DNA of 64,000 nucleotides, from contig NC_047062.1 of NCBI RefSeq assembly GCF_902459465.1, forward strand, positions 16,120,001-16,184,000, given 5' to 3'. Source of the stretch: Asterias rubens (taxonomy: Eukaryota). The position numbers and the translations under genes were made by a program. This document shows positions 10,579 through 23,912 of this stretch, piece by piece. The notes under the pieces were generated by a model. It did not search any database and was not told the origin of the DNA. It was given only the letters and a program-made list of their open reading frames with translations. Within the stretch, counting starts at the first letter, position 1. Each line of letters opens with the position of its first letter.

Positions 10579-13500
10579 ATGGCGGCTGATTACAAGTGTC
10601 TTATGATGAATATATTTGCTGTACTAATTGCTCTAAGATTGATTGGTAAGTTGATGATTACGTCGAAGTGATGGGTTAGCTCGGCAATGTTTTATCAAAT
10701 TATTGGTATATAACCTCTTTGGACAATGAGAAAGTCACCACTACATCATGTAGGCCTACATCATATTTTTTATGAGCTTTGATATTATGGCGTAATGTAC
10801 ATGTGATGTGGTGTCAGTACCAGGACTTATCTGTAGTTAGTGTTGCATTGAATATTTCGATTTTATACAATCAACTACCGTATGTAGGCCTATTTGTATA
10901 TCACACCTGGGGTGGATTGCACCAAGCGGTCTTAAACCAGTCTATGCGCTATAGCCGGCTATACTTGAAACGCGCTTAGACAGTCTTTAAATATAGACCG
11001 ATTGCAATAGCGCGGTCTATAATTATAGCCAGTCTTAAATCTTAAGCCTGCTTTGAGCTGGCTATAATCGGTCTTTTTTTCTTTCTTTTTTAAGATGGCG
11101 CTGCATTTGTTAGTTGGTAGATGATTTGATACAAAGAGCTCTACGATGAGATTGTATTTTAGAAATAGATTACACCTATGAGAGGCATTAGAATGATGAT
11201 ACAGTTTATCGTAAATATATGTTCCCAAGAGTAAAAAATGATACAACTCACAGATTTGATATCCAATGATTTAAACCAAAGCAATAAGAAGAATGCCGTA
11301 CTGCCAGTGACTGCAGAAGTGCTAAAAAATGCCAAACAGAGCCGGGCGATATTTACGAGAGAGCCTCCGCTATCACCGCGACAGACATAAACGACTTGTC
11401 CACAAGTCTAGTTGAGGACCAGTGGCCGACTCGTCAGCAGTAAATACAAACTAAAGGCTAGTCATAAGTTTAGGAATAGTAGCTACTCGTCTTAACTCGA
11501 GATGCTAGTCTTAAAGGCAGTGGACACTATTGGCAAATACTCAAAACTGTTATTAGCATAAAACCTTACTTGTTAACGAGTAGTGGGTAGTGGGGAGCTG
11601 TTGATAGTATAAACCATTGTGAGAAACGGCTCCCTCTGAAGTAACGTAGTTTTCGAGAAAGAAGTTATTTTCCACGAATTTGATTTCGAGAGTTCAGAAC
11701 TAGATTTTGAGGTCCCGAAATCAAGCACCTGAAAGCACACATCTTCGTGTGACAAGGGTGTTTTTTCTTTCATTATTTTCTCGCAACTTTGACGACCAAT
11801 GATGAGCTCAAATTTTCACACGTTTGTTATTTTTTATGCATAACATGTTGAGATACACCAAGTGAGAAGACTTGTGTTTGACAACCAATAGTGTCCAGTG
11901 TCTTTAACTCTTTGTGAAATCCACCACCGATGCATTTTGATTTCTTCAATGGTTTCTCTTGTACAGTGAGTCCAGCCTCAGGAAGTTCTGAGAGGGATGT
12001 CTTAGAGCACCTTCTCAGTAATTATGGAACTCACAGTAAAGCGGTCAGACCTGTCCGCAACGCTTCGGACACCATACGTGTGGAACTACGTATTCTTATA
12101 GCGCAAATCATCGATATTGTGAGTTAATATTCAGTCATTCTTATGTATTTGCTTTTGCTGTCCCTCGCATATCCCGGGGTATATTTTCTTGTATTTTGAT
12201 TTGTACTGTTATGGCAAATAAAATAATAATATTAATAATAAGCCCGGTTCATACTTCCTGCAAATGCAAACGCGATACGAATTTTGACGCGAATAATTCG
12301 AAATATGTTTGAAATGTGCTCAACTCCTGCGAAACATGAGCAGTGTAAACAGGGCTTTGACGTAAACATTCGTATCGCATTATCATTCGTAGGAAGTACG
12401 AACCGGGATTTCCGATAGATGGGGCAGGCACCAACACAAAATTCGTAAGCGGGATAGGTGAAAACATAATTACTCAAAATGTGTTTACTGAGATCGTATA
12501 CGTTTTGGGTCAATGTCACCAGAATCATATGAGCTGCAAATAATTACAACTCGTACAAAAGTTTCAGCCAAATGTTTGAGTTAGCCGTTTCATCTATGTA
12601 CATGAACATTTCAAGGCAGTGGACACTACTGGTAATTACTCAAAATAATTATTGGGATAAAACCTTTCTTGGTGATGACGAGTAACAGGGAGAGGTTGAT
12701 GGTATAAAACATTGTGAGAACCGGCTCCCTCTGAAGTGCCATAGTTTTCGAGAAAGAAGTAATTTTCTACGAATTTGATTTCGAGACCTCAGATTTAGAA
12801 CTTGAGGTCTCGAAATCAACCATCTAAACGCACACAACTTCGTGTGACAGGGGTGTTTTTTCTTTCATTATTTCCGCAAGTTCGATGACCGATTGCGCTG
12901 TTATTTTATGCTTATGTTGAGATAAACCAACTGTGAAGGCTAGTCTTTGACAATTACCATTAGTGTCCACTGCCTTTAGATGAGATTTGGAACATTGCCA
13001 AGACTACTATTGATAAGTGCCCATAATACTAATAATTATCCGTTTTTAGCACTCAAACGAGTCAAACATAAAATGTCTCACGAGTCAAATAAGTCTGACG
13101 AGTCTCACTTTGTTGTGTGTAACTCAACAGACTGTTATGTTACTCTCTAAATGTAAACCAGTGAAAAACACCACTCTTCGAGTTGTCCCTCAAATAGCTC
13201 TTTAAAAAGAGTGGTGGTTATTTCACTCTTTAAGATGGGTTTCACTCCAGGACAGAGTGTATAAAATCATTCAAAAAGATGCAAAATTCAAACTTTGTAG
13301 ATATAGGATTGTTTTATATAGGCTATATGAATATTTCTAATTGTTTTTTATCCTTTCCTGTAATTGGCGGCTCGTCCGCTGTTGGTTTGGTCAATAAATA
13401 TAATTATTATTAAAATATTATCACAAAGAGTTAGGATTCGTCTTATCTCGAATAAGGACGAGTAACTCTTCCTAACTTAGGATTAATCTTAAGGTCTGCA

Positions 13501-16500
13501 TGCTACAGTGCAGGGTTGGGATTCGTCCTTAGTCCTAAGATTAGTCTTAAGTTAGGAAGAGTTTTGTGAAATCCACCCCTGGATTCTCATCAGTCAGTGT
13601 TTTGTTTGGATTGAACATTTGATGGTGACTGTACTATACAGACCGAGCCAAGCACGCCTTAAGACGCTGGCAGTAGTGTTGTAAACAAAGATATGGACAA
13701 ACCCTTGCTTTTTTAAACTTTGTTTTTGTGGAGAAGGTGTCTTTCTCAACGATTTACCCTATTTTACTTACATGACGGCATGACGGCGCAGACAATGAAT
13801 TTGTTGCCTGTTTATAAAACGTGTTAAATCAACAAGATTTTGTCGATAGAATTTCCAGATTAAGTTTCTGTTTTAAGTTTAAAAAGTTTAACACATATTA
13901 TGCTCTGCATCATTTTGTTAAGCTGTATAGTCGGAGATTTCAAAAGAAAACGGTTATTTTATGTCACATGCGCTGTCCAAAACCTTACGCTGCCAGCGTC
14001 CCATTGCCGCAGCGATGGCGGCACAGCACACCCCTGATAGATTATTGTTTGCAGAATTAGAAGTGTTATTCAACTGTCCGTGTTTGTTTGTCATATTTAC
14101 CTCAACAGGACGAGCCTAAACAGCAGTTGATTGTCAACACGTGGCAAAAAATGGTAAGCAATAATTATACCAAAATGTGGTTGCGTTTTTGAGATAATAT
14201 CGCCGAAAATTCTGAGTGATATGTCCACGCAGGAAGAATAATCCCTAGATACGAATGCACACTCTGAGAAACGTTACGCTGTAACGCTTCTCATATTCAG
14301 ATTAGGGGGCATAGCCTACCGACTTTTATCATTTTGCAGAACCATATTACATCCAAGTGAAAAGTTTCTCATAATGCTTTATACTATCGAACGCTGTTGT
14401 ATGAAGCCATCTTATCAAATGCTTTTGCTGTCAGTAATTTTAAGAGTGGCTACACCAAACGTGGGCCTAATTACCTTCCCTTTTAGTAAAAAAGAAAACG
14501 TATAAATTTGTTTTAAATGTACAATAGCTTGGAATTGGAATAAAAGTAACGTTTTACGATAGGCCAAATTAGTTAATCTTAAAATTGTTGTGGCAACTTT
14601 CTGTCCTTCACTGCTGTGCAATTTGAGCGATTTTTTTTTAATTAAACAAAACATAACACTATTCGTTACTCTCTTTTCAAATTTAGTCGTGGAAAGACGA
14701 GTACATGGTCTGGAATCCTGACGACTACGGTGGACTAGACGTGATACACGCCCTTCCATCCCAAATATGGAAACCAAACATCGTATTGGTTGAGAAGTAA
14801 GTCAGATACCCTATATAGGCTGCTTGAGATTAGATGGTTGGATGTGCACACCGCCCAACCATCATTTTACTAATCGCATTTTGTTGTTTTTCGATTCTTA
14901 TGATATCGGCACCAACTGACGCAGTAGTTTATAATAAAATAAAACAATTCGTAAAAGTGACATTTCATAATATCATTATTATGCTCAAATGAAAACCCGG
15001 ACTAAAACCAAAATGTTCAGTGTTATAAGTATGTTTTTTGCGAAGTGGCGGTGTGTCGGGGTACCATCGAGCAGGAATGTTCAGTCCATGTCTTGTCAAT
15101 GAAACTGCCGTCTTAGCTCATAGCTCTCATTGCCCGTATGTTGTTTTATTTGATTGTGTATAGTTCTGTCCTTTAATCTGTGTAATGTTGTAATAATTGT
15201 TTTTAGCTATTAATTTATTCTTATGTGCCATGGAAACTAAATATATACTTATGATGCGGACAATAAAATGCTTGATTCTAAATTCGAACTTTAATTCTTG
15301 AATGTGCTGTCGAACATTGTTTCTTGTGTCCGTTGAGAACAATCGGCAAAACGTTTCTGCTGTTGGTGCACGCCATTCTTCCCAGCGGTGCATTCTATTC
15401 TTGCTTTTTACTTTATGGTATCTGAGACTAACTTCCTATTGATCTTGTTACATTTCCAGTGTTGATTTCTTCTTTTCGAACTATAACAAAGATGTGGTAC
15501 TGATCATTGCCGCAGACGGTAGTGTGATTTGGTACACGCTAACCATGTTGCGAGTCTCGTGCAAAATACACACCCGACTTTTCCCGTTCGACGTCCAACA
15601 GTGCACGCTGACCTTTATGTCTTGGGCATACGACATGCCATCCCTGGATCTCACCTTCGTCGATGACGATGATGCCAACCAGAGAATATTCAATGAAAAT
15701 GGTGTCTGGCGATTTGTCGATCTGGACTTTAAGCGTGTGGAAAAGAAGTATATCTGTTGCAAACACCCCTATACTCAAGTCATCTATACTCTAACATTGA
15801 AGAGACAGTCTGAGTTCTACATCTATAGCATGCTAATACCGTCTGTACTGCTGACTGTTATCACATTGATGGTCCTCGCCATTCCCCCCGAGTCGGGTGA
15901 GAAAGTTGCTCTCGGCATCACCAATCTGTTGGCGTTTATACTCTTCCAGCAGCTCATTTCTGACAACATGCCACCACAGGGTGACGAAATACCCGTAATT
16001 AGTAAGTCTTAATAATTTATCAATGCAATATTGCTTCAAAAAATATTTTGTTACCCGTCCTAAAAAACTAAAAGCCCTGTCCAACTTTTGACTGATACAA
16101 ATGTGCTGTGAAGCGTATTGTGGAAAAAGGAACCACCATGCTACATAGTTTGCTTCGACCCTTGTTTACCAAAATGCGCGTCAAAATGTGAAAGTATTGT
16201 TTTTTAAAGTTTTTTTTTAGATTGCCTGGAAATGGTTGCCTGATTGCTCCCTCCGACATTGTCTTTACTAACCATAACATTATATATGTTTGTAACTTAC
16301 AGCCACATATCTCTTCAGTATGGTGATACTGGGCGTTGCATCCATCATAGAAACCGTGTTTGTGCTCAGGTTGTTCCATAAACCTGAAGACGAACCCATA
16401 CCAAAAGCAGTCGTTCGGTTCTCTTCATTTATAAGGCTTCGGAAGACCACCATGACGTGGAAGTTGGTCGCCAAGGCAGTCGACAAATTCATGTTTATTG

Positions 16501-16589
16501 TGTTTTTAATGACAGCTAGTGTGATGGTGTTGATTTCTTATCTTCTTCTTTTAACTGGCCATGTCGAGGGACAAGAACATATTCACTAA
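10579..16589 (+). CDS. Nicotinic acetylcholine receptor alpha-type subunit (Cys-loop cation channel), 400 aa
   Basis: Exons 10579-10645, 11967-12118, 14109-14153, 14687-14796, 15460-16001, 16303-16589 (1203 nt; all GT-AG, phases consistent; 45- and 110-nt exons typical of nAChR genes). Signal peptide, Cys-loop CKIHTRLFPFDVQQC, loop B WAYD, loop C YICCKHPY (vicinal Cys), M2 GEK, four TM helices. Confidence 0.92.
11515..11903. mobile_element. Complete Kolobok-type MITE (subfamily A), 389 bp
   Basis: TTAA (11511-14)|AGGCAGTGGACACTATTGG ... CCAATAGTGTCCAGTGTCT|TTAA (11904-07). Confidence 0.92.
12241..12409. mobile_element. Harbinger-like MITE
   Basis: Imperfect TIRs AGCCCGGTTCATACTTCCTGC..CGATACGAAT and ATTCGTATCG..GTAGGAAGTACGAACCGGGAT. 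Superfamily is inferred. Confidence 0.6.
12614..12975. mobile_element. Kolobok-type MITE (subfamily A)
   Basis: AGGCAGTGGACAC...GTGTCCACTGCCT with degenerate TTAA flanks (TTCA/TTAG); central hairpin intact. Confidence 0.88.
13143..13298. mobile_element. Truncated copy of the CTCTCTAAATGT MITE
   Basis: Near-identical to the left 150 bp of the complete copy at 46106-46347. Confidence 0.75.
13418..13579. mobile_element. Harbinger-like MITE (TAGGA/TCCTAA-rich family)
   Basis: Body matches 35499-35649; right end TTGTGAAATCCACCCC. Confidence 0.75.
14170..14400 (-). mobile_element. Fragment of another dispersed DNA repeat (also ~20700-20930 and ~44065-44260 on +)
   Basis: Shared GGATTATTCTTCCTG, AATCTGA(A/G)T..GAGAAGCG and GAGAAAC..TTTCACTT blocks in three places. 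Confidence 0.6.
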
Positions 16590-17790
16590 AATATTTTGTT
16601 GTATAAACGATAATTTTGGCTATCGCCTACTTTTTGTAAAAAACTGTGTGGTTTGCTCTGTACATATTGTGGTAAAAATCATGTCCTTATATACAGTAAC
16701 ATTTGTCAAGCAAGGTTGTAATGACCCTGCCAGATGGTGGACAGTTCGTATTACGTTTCTTTCATTGAAGCGGCTCGTAACGCGTCTACGACTCCCATCA
16801 CAAGACTGCTGGCTCCTATAGTTGCAACAGCAACAAAAGTGCAGGTGGGTTTAGGGCGTGCTAGTCTTTACTGTATCACTGTGACAAACATTTAACGACT
16901 TGTCCACCAGGCTGAAATTCATAGCTTGTATTATTCATAAAGTGATGCTATTGAATCGCTTTGATACTTTTTGTTATGATTTTGCTCAATGGTATTGTCC
17001 CATAGGCACATGTCATTGGGGTCGCATTGAATTTACCTCGTTTACTATTCACCTTTACTCTTGCCATTTTGCGTCTTTGTGGCAAAAGTTGGCAATGACA
17101 ATGACATTGATGACTCATTTTATCCAAGACAATGACGACAATAGTGAACAGTATCTATCAAACACTGAGAATTGGGGTTAACAACTTTGCAACAAGTATA
17201 TATAGCGCATCTCTACATTATAAGATAAAATTGTATTTACTTATAGGCTATCTTTAAACAAAAAGGTTTCAAGATTTTATTTGTTATATACGTGCTTTTT
17301 ACTTCTTTTTTATGTTACTCTGGAATGTGACCTATACACCTGGTTGAATGAGTTTAAACCCTTTTTTTTATTTATATATATTTACAAGAAAAGTAAAAAA
17401 CATTGAAGCTGGAACTACTTCAGCAGTGACTTTCCCACAGCGTTATATTTAGTGTTGTAAATATTAACTTCACCTAACTTTTAACTAACCTATATATATT
17501 TTCATTGAACCAAACCACGCTGGTTGGCTAGACGGCCGGTTGTAAAAACGCTAACTCGTGTTTACAGATGTTGTTTTATCAAATTCAATAGTTTCTGCAA
17601 ACTTTCAATTTAAGAAAATACCTCCTATGATTGGTTCTACAACACTGTTTGAGTATTGTTCGTGTGTAACATTGTTATAAGAACAGCTATCTGTTTTTGT
17701 TTTGCATTTATGGCTTTCCATATTTTTGCAACCTCGGTTGGCTAACACTTGAGCAGTGACGTTGCATTAGAAAGGTCTATACGCAGTCTA

Positions 17791-17925
17791 AGGCCGTATC
17801 CGAATCGGCGGCTACGGCTACGGCTGTTGCTAAGGGTGTTGCTAAGGACGTCCTATACCTCAACGCATGATGACGTGGAACTCTAGCGATAGCCATGGCT
17901 GTAGCCGCTAATTCGGACAAGCCCT
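17791..17925. mobile_element. Short MITE with GGCTAC-repeat TIRs
   Basis: AGGCCGTATCCGAATCGGCGGCTACGGCTACGGCT mirrored imperfectly by AGCCATGGCTGTAGCCGCTAATTCGGACAAGCCCT. Confidence 0.6.
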
Positions 17926-18024
17926 TCCAGTGTCATCAAATCGTATAAACAAAATGTCTTCACACTGTCATCTTCAATGTAAGAATTTGAAACGCTAAGG
18001 GGGGGGGGGCAACAGACTTACCAG

Positions 18025-18279
18025 GGCCCAATTTCATGGCTCTGCTTACCGCCGAATTCTGCACTTATACGATCACGATTTCCCGCTTACGTGCAAGCGC
18101 CTAATTTCTGCGCTAGCCTGGCCTTGTAAGCGTAGAATACCTATTAATGTGAAGTACGCACGCGCAGAAGCCAAAATTCGCCTCTAACCCGTGAAATACG
18201 CTTGCCGTAAGCACATAATTCCCTGCTTCTGTAAGCGCCGATTCTGTGCTTACGGTAAGCAGAGCCATGAAATTGGGCC
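18025..18279. mobile_element. PIF/Harbinger-type MITE, 255 bp
   Basis: CAG|GGCCCAATTTCATGGCTCTGCTTAC ... GTAAGCAGAGCCATGAAATTGGGCC|CAG: perfect TIR and 3-bp CWG TSD. A right-end fragment lies at ~58115-58159. Confidence 0.88.
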
Positions 18280-19532
18280 CAGGTTATGTTTACATGATTG
18301 TTTACGTTGTTCTGAGCTTGCGCACACAAGAACAATGGATTTACAAAGGTCAAACATTAGCCTAATCATAATAACAAAATATCTTCATCTGAAGAAATTC
18401 GTATTTGTAACGTGTATTGATAGTTTGTTTCTACGTAAGGTATCTATTTGTAATAAAGGCTCGTATATTCTATTACAGTGCGTCAGTTCTCTTTCTTGCA
18501 AAACAGCCAATACTACAAAACAACACACAGTATTGAAATACTACACCATAATTTTTTTTTACAAACTGCGGTCATCGAAATCTGCATTGCTAAACACGGT
18601 ATTATAAAACGATTAATTACAGTCCATACAGTTCGAGTGAAAAATTCCTAAGTAATTTCAGCCATTTATATTTGTATTGCAATTTGTATAAATCTTTTTG
18701 TGTAAGTATAAAATGTTTTTTTTATATTCGGGAAATGTGCAACATTAATAAAAATTAGTCACCACCCTTTTTCGGAGGACTTGTTTCATATTCGGTGGTA
18801 CCGTCCAGCTCGATTTCTTTCCTTTTCCATCCGGTCAAGTACTTTTTTCTCTTGCTCCTTTTGCTGAAAATAATCAAACATGAATAGGGGTTAAATAAAA
18901 CCATACATCGTAGTTTTAATTAATCCGGGTAGACCATTGTACAACTATCTTCTAAGAAGAAGTTCAATGGTTCTGGAAGTGGCCGGTTGGTGCCCACCAA
19001 GTGCGTTTTTGTCGTCATCACGAGACTCGGTGATTTTGAATCGTTTATGGTCACAGGAAGTACAACAATATCACCACTTCATCAAATTCTATACTTTTTG
19101 GGTAAATTAATTTATAAAAAAAAATTGAAGTTTTCAAAATTTCAAAATGTTTAAATTGTGCTGTTTTCTTCATCAACAAATTTTTCTTGGATAACAAATT
19201 AAGAATCTGGTGCAAAAACACGGCCGAAAGAGGAGGAGATCGAATTGTCCATCCCTTTTGGCTAAAACCAAGCCAAAAGTTGTCTTCCCTCCTTTACTGA
19301 TCAAACCAAGTTTTAGTGAACTACACCTAATTCGTTGTCTTTCTCCATCAAGAAAGTACAGTTTAAACGTTCCCTACAAAGTGTTGTCTCATGTCTGCAT
19401 TGGCCCTTGCTCTCACCATTTCGGTCCCGAAATAGATGCGCCACACTGCCGCGTATAGCAAGAAAGTCAGAGGGTAGTTTTTGTGGATGAATTTAAACAC
19501 GTTTGGAATCTAATAACAATTCAACCACTGAC

Positions 19533-22500
19533 CTATAAAGATTGACCAACCTGTCTTAGCTGTTTCTGCCTCTCGGCAATCATCTCTTCTTTATTCAGAA
19601 CCCTTCGTTGTCCCCTAATCTTCTCCTCCTTCTTGAGATGCCATGCAATCAGGCTGCTGGTAATTGAAGAGACAGTGCTGAACGCACAGGAGACGACCGC
19701 GGATGCCAAAGCAACCATCACTGTAGTATCCATGGTCTCCTTGATGAAAGTTTGCCCGTCCGTGGTGTGATCTACGAGGCCGAGCCGTAATAGTTGAATA
19801 CAGATGCAACACACGATTACACCCACGACTGAGGCGGCGGTGAAGCACAGAATCTGTTAGGAATTGGTCAAATTGGGAAAGAACGGGCTTAGGATGCTGA
19901 AACTAAAATCAACAAACGACGAATGATGATCTGAGTTCCTAATGGCGCAAATAGCAATGTTCCATAATGTCTCAACCCTTTCTTCACCAGGCATACTTTA
20001 GTACCAATCCCAAACTTTCTCAACTCCGTGGGGATTAGGCCATAAAACCTGAAGTTACTTGGTTATAGTGCCAAAGAATTAATCAAACATAACACATCAG
20101 CCTCATAGGTTACCATAATCACCTAGATTAAGAGAAGCAATTTATGGTTAAATGTCTTACTCAATGACACAAGCGTTTTATACGAGCGGGTGTCGAAACC
20201 ACACTATAGGTCATTATAACTTATATTCCAAGACCGCTCAGCCACAACGAAATTTATTTTGGAAGAGATAACAAGTAGGGACTCTAATTCTTTTGGGAAA
20301 CCTTAATACTTTTTTCTTGCGTAGAAGAAACTGCAGATAGTCTGACGCTGGCACTTTGCGTATTTCCGGAGTCAGAATAAACCCTGATCGCGTGGGGGTT
20401 ATACCGAATGGCTCAGTACGACCGGGAATCTTGTTCAAAATTGACGCAGAATAATGTACTGTACAAATCCAATTTAGTTTTGTTTGTATTTTTGATGTTG
20501 GTGTTAGCTTGATTGTTAGCTTAATTGTGTCCGCCCGGACACATTTGCATATGCAATTTTTTTTCCAAGCCTAAGGTATTATGTGCCTTAGACAAGAACT
20601 TCCACTTGTTTCTGGCGGTTCGTATTTACTTTCCCATTATGCAGTTGCGTCAAGTACGCACTTTACATGAACTTATAATTTGTCTTAAAGAGGATGTATA
20701 CGGGAATAACAACTATTGGTAAGAAGCCTCCAACAAATTTAGATGGTATTTTGAGAAACATATACATGTATATCAAAATAATCTGGTTATGCAAAAGTAT
20801 ATCAGTTTTTATGCGACAAAATGTGAATCTGAGTAGCGGATGTTACTGTCCGTAATGTATTCATATTCGGGATTATTCTTCCTGTGGGTGATGGACGTAT
20901 TCGCTCAAAAAATTCGACGATATCTAAAAAAAAAAAAAAAACGTGTCTAATGTAGTTTTATAGTATAAGATGATATGTACATAGGAGTATAAACTAACTG
21001 TTTCAAAATCAAAAGGTATGCTTTGCCTGTGAGCTGAGGTACATGTTAAGAATTGTTCACTCTTATCGCAAAAGGGGAATCTATTGCAAAAAAAGCAGTG
21101 ACACTGAGCGGTTAATACATACCGAATATGCTGTCTTGTGTTTCGCTGATGCAATTCCAAATGCTCCACAAACAACAATCTAATACACAAAGATATGAGC
21201 AACAAACATCATGAGTTTCTAATAAACAAGTTTGGAAGTTTATAATTGAACACAACTCAATACAATGCGGTGGTAAAGGTGTAGGATCATAATTTAAGGT
21301 GTAGGATCATAACTTTGTAATGACCCTGAAAAATATGTATAATATTGTATCCGAAGGTTTATAAAATACAACGGTAAATGGCATCCCGCAAAATTATTTG
21401 TTCTGAAGTTGTCTCCTTTTGTTTAGAAATCAATAAAAGTATTTAGGCAAATATGAATCACTAAAATGTTGTGATTACCCGTTTGTGATTGCTGCAGTCA
21501 AAGAGGGGAAGTTGGTATCCATAACCGGATGGATTTGACGTTAAGTATAGGCCTACATGACAATTTATATTTCTTGATAATAATTGGTTTACAGATTATG
21601 TTGACAGAGGTCCAAAAACCAAGATATGACAATTTTTTCTAAAAGGCATCATCAACAATCAGACCACTAAGAATGTAGGAGGCAAACATTGGGCACATGG
21701 CATTAGGAAGGTCACAAGATGAGTGAACACAATTAAACGTATACGCTTATTTTGGACCCCATAGGCTAAAGGGTTGGCACCTTTAATAAGGCGTTAAACA
21801 ACGCCACTAAACTGCGGTTTTGTCTACATCAACTGCGAGTATTTTGTTTTCCAGTTAATGCTCATGGTTGAGCAATGTTCATGATATGATGTTGCCCCAG
21901 CTGTTCTCCAATTAATTGGACCCGGGGCAATTCCATTAAAAACACTATTGAATAATATCATTTTGTCGCCCTTACAATGACGCTTCAGGGAGCTTTGTTT
22001 TGATATACATGATGATCATTGCAGTGTAAGTTCACATGGTACATGAACACTGTACGTTCACAGATGATGCTGTGCTGCAGGTTTATTCTGTTCCAAGGTC
22101 TCGTCACACCACAAGAACACCTTTTCAGTATTAACATAATACCCGAGTTTGAGACAAAAGTACGTCTATGTTATTAAAAAGCTAACACGTATAATAATAG
22201 ACTCGATCCAAGTCCCTTTCTCGTGCGAGAGGTCCCTATTTGGGGGAATTTTCTGATGATTAGGCGATGGGACTGAAAAATAAACGGGGTCTGGTATAGT
22301 AATAACTTACGCAACCACCGCTCCAGATAGGCGCCACAGTATAGGCAAGCCACGTTGATGCCGCCCGTCCAAAGAGAATGATACCTGTCCCAGCACTCAC
22401 ACCACCGAGGATGAAGTGGGGCAATGCAAGGATGACGAGGAAACATGTGATAACCCTCATACTAGGGCCTCTCTCCTTCTGAGGGGGCTGGGCGCCATCT

Positions 22501-22571
22501 TCTTCTGATGTTATTTGGGAAACAGCAGGCTGTTCCTCGGCAGATGTGGTGCATTTGGTGTCTGTAGTCAT
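19533..22571 (-). CDS. TMEM196: TMEM196-like (MS4A/CD20-superfamily) four-TM protein; C-terminal exon unresolved
   Basis: Exons 22571-22311, 21179-21123 (57 nt), 19853-19551, all phase 0. APIWSGGC|IVVCGAFGIASAKHKTAYS|ILCFTAASVVGVIVCCICIQLLR parallels, from memory, human TMEM196 [50 protein letters not shown]. Confidence 0.8.
20110..20250 (-). mobile_element. Degenerate SINE 5' head
   Basis: Reverse complement reads GTTGTGGCTGAGCGG..GTGTGGTTTCGACACCC..CTTGTGTCATTGAGTAAGACA, as in the head of the 42.9 kb SINE. Confidence 0.55.
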
Positions 22572-23394
22572 TGCGGGGTCGTATGTTACTCGGTCTTTTA
22601 CTTGGATGGTTAATCTGCTGATGAATAGGGCACATAAAGCTTGAATTTAGAAGAAAAAAAATACTGGTTATGAATAAGTTGTAATAAAGGAGCATGAATA
22701 TTTGCATTAGCCCTACACAGTCGTGGTACATCATTTTGAAATTACAATGTGTCTGTTCTTCTGAGAGACAAGAGCGGTTTTCAAGGGGTGGGTTTACACA
22801 TCAAACAAGCAAAAAATTCAACAAAGATAAAACAACTTGAAGACCTAATGTTTAGTAAATATCAAATACTATAGTTTAAAATCGGCCAAGCACTCAGTTA
22901 GCAACAACAACAAGCATCACATCTTTACAAAATGTAATTACAAAGACAGACATTGACAAATAATGCTTATTATGGTTCAAATAAATTATGAATTGCATGT
23001 ATTCTTAAACCCGCTATGGTAAACAGTCACGAGATCAAAACAATAGTTTTCAATTAACATTAGTCTAAACGTACATTCTTTCTATGGATTTCGTGAGCCT
23101 TACAAACATGTTTCTCTGGAGGTGCTGGCCACGCTATATCATCGGTATTTTTTTTAGATTAAAACAAATTAGACTAATATTTTTACCAGAACTCTGTCTT
23201 TAAACCCAAGCACAATCTTGTTATAGGTTTTGTATTCTATCTTGACCTTTAAGGTAGCGACTGCACAGGCTATAAATACATCTGACAACGAATTTCACTC
23301 TACCGCGAGACGCGGTCGCTCGAGTTTATTTAATTTCAGTCCGACCTCCATGCGTAGGCAGCACATGCCCGTGTGCAGTGCGTTTACTCAACGG

Positions 23395-23912
23395 TGGAAA
23401 TTAAACAATTCTTGCACTGCAGAAAGTGTGTGTAAATAATTGATATAACCAGATTTTGTTTTCTCAACTCAGTTTGTTATATTATGACTGTGTGAATAAG
23501 GTGCTATGATGCGCCCTAGTAAATAAAGACAATGGCCGATGCAGTGCGATAATCTTCACTTATGAAGCAGAATTATTTGTTGTGGAAATTTTTTGTTGTG
23601 GACAAAATGTTTGCACTGCAGAAAGTGTGTGTAAATAATTGATTTAACCAGATTTTGTTTTCTCGATTCTGTTTGTTATAATATGACTGTGTAAATAAGG
23701 TGTTATGACACATCATCAGAATACTAAATAAGGACAATGGCCGATGCAATTATCTGTCGTGGAAATTAAGTGATTCTTGCATTGTAGAAGTGTGTGTAAA
23801 TAATTGGTATAACCCGATGTTATTTTACTCAATTCTGTTTGTTGTATGACTGGGTGAATTATTGTGATACATCACAGTAAATAAGGACAATGGCTCATGT
23901 AATTATCTGTCA
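23395..23912. repeat. Three diverged tandem units of ~170-200 bp
   Basis: TTGCA(C/T)TG(C/T)AGAA(A)GTGTGTGTAAATAATTG starts at 23412, 23611 and 23777; each unit ends near AAATAA(A/G)GACAATGGC. Confidence 0.85.
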
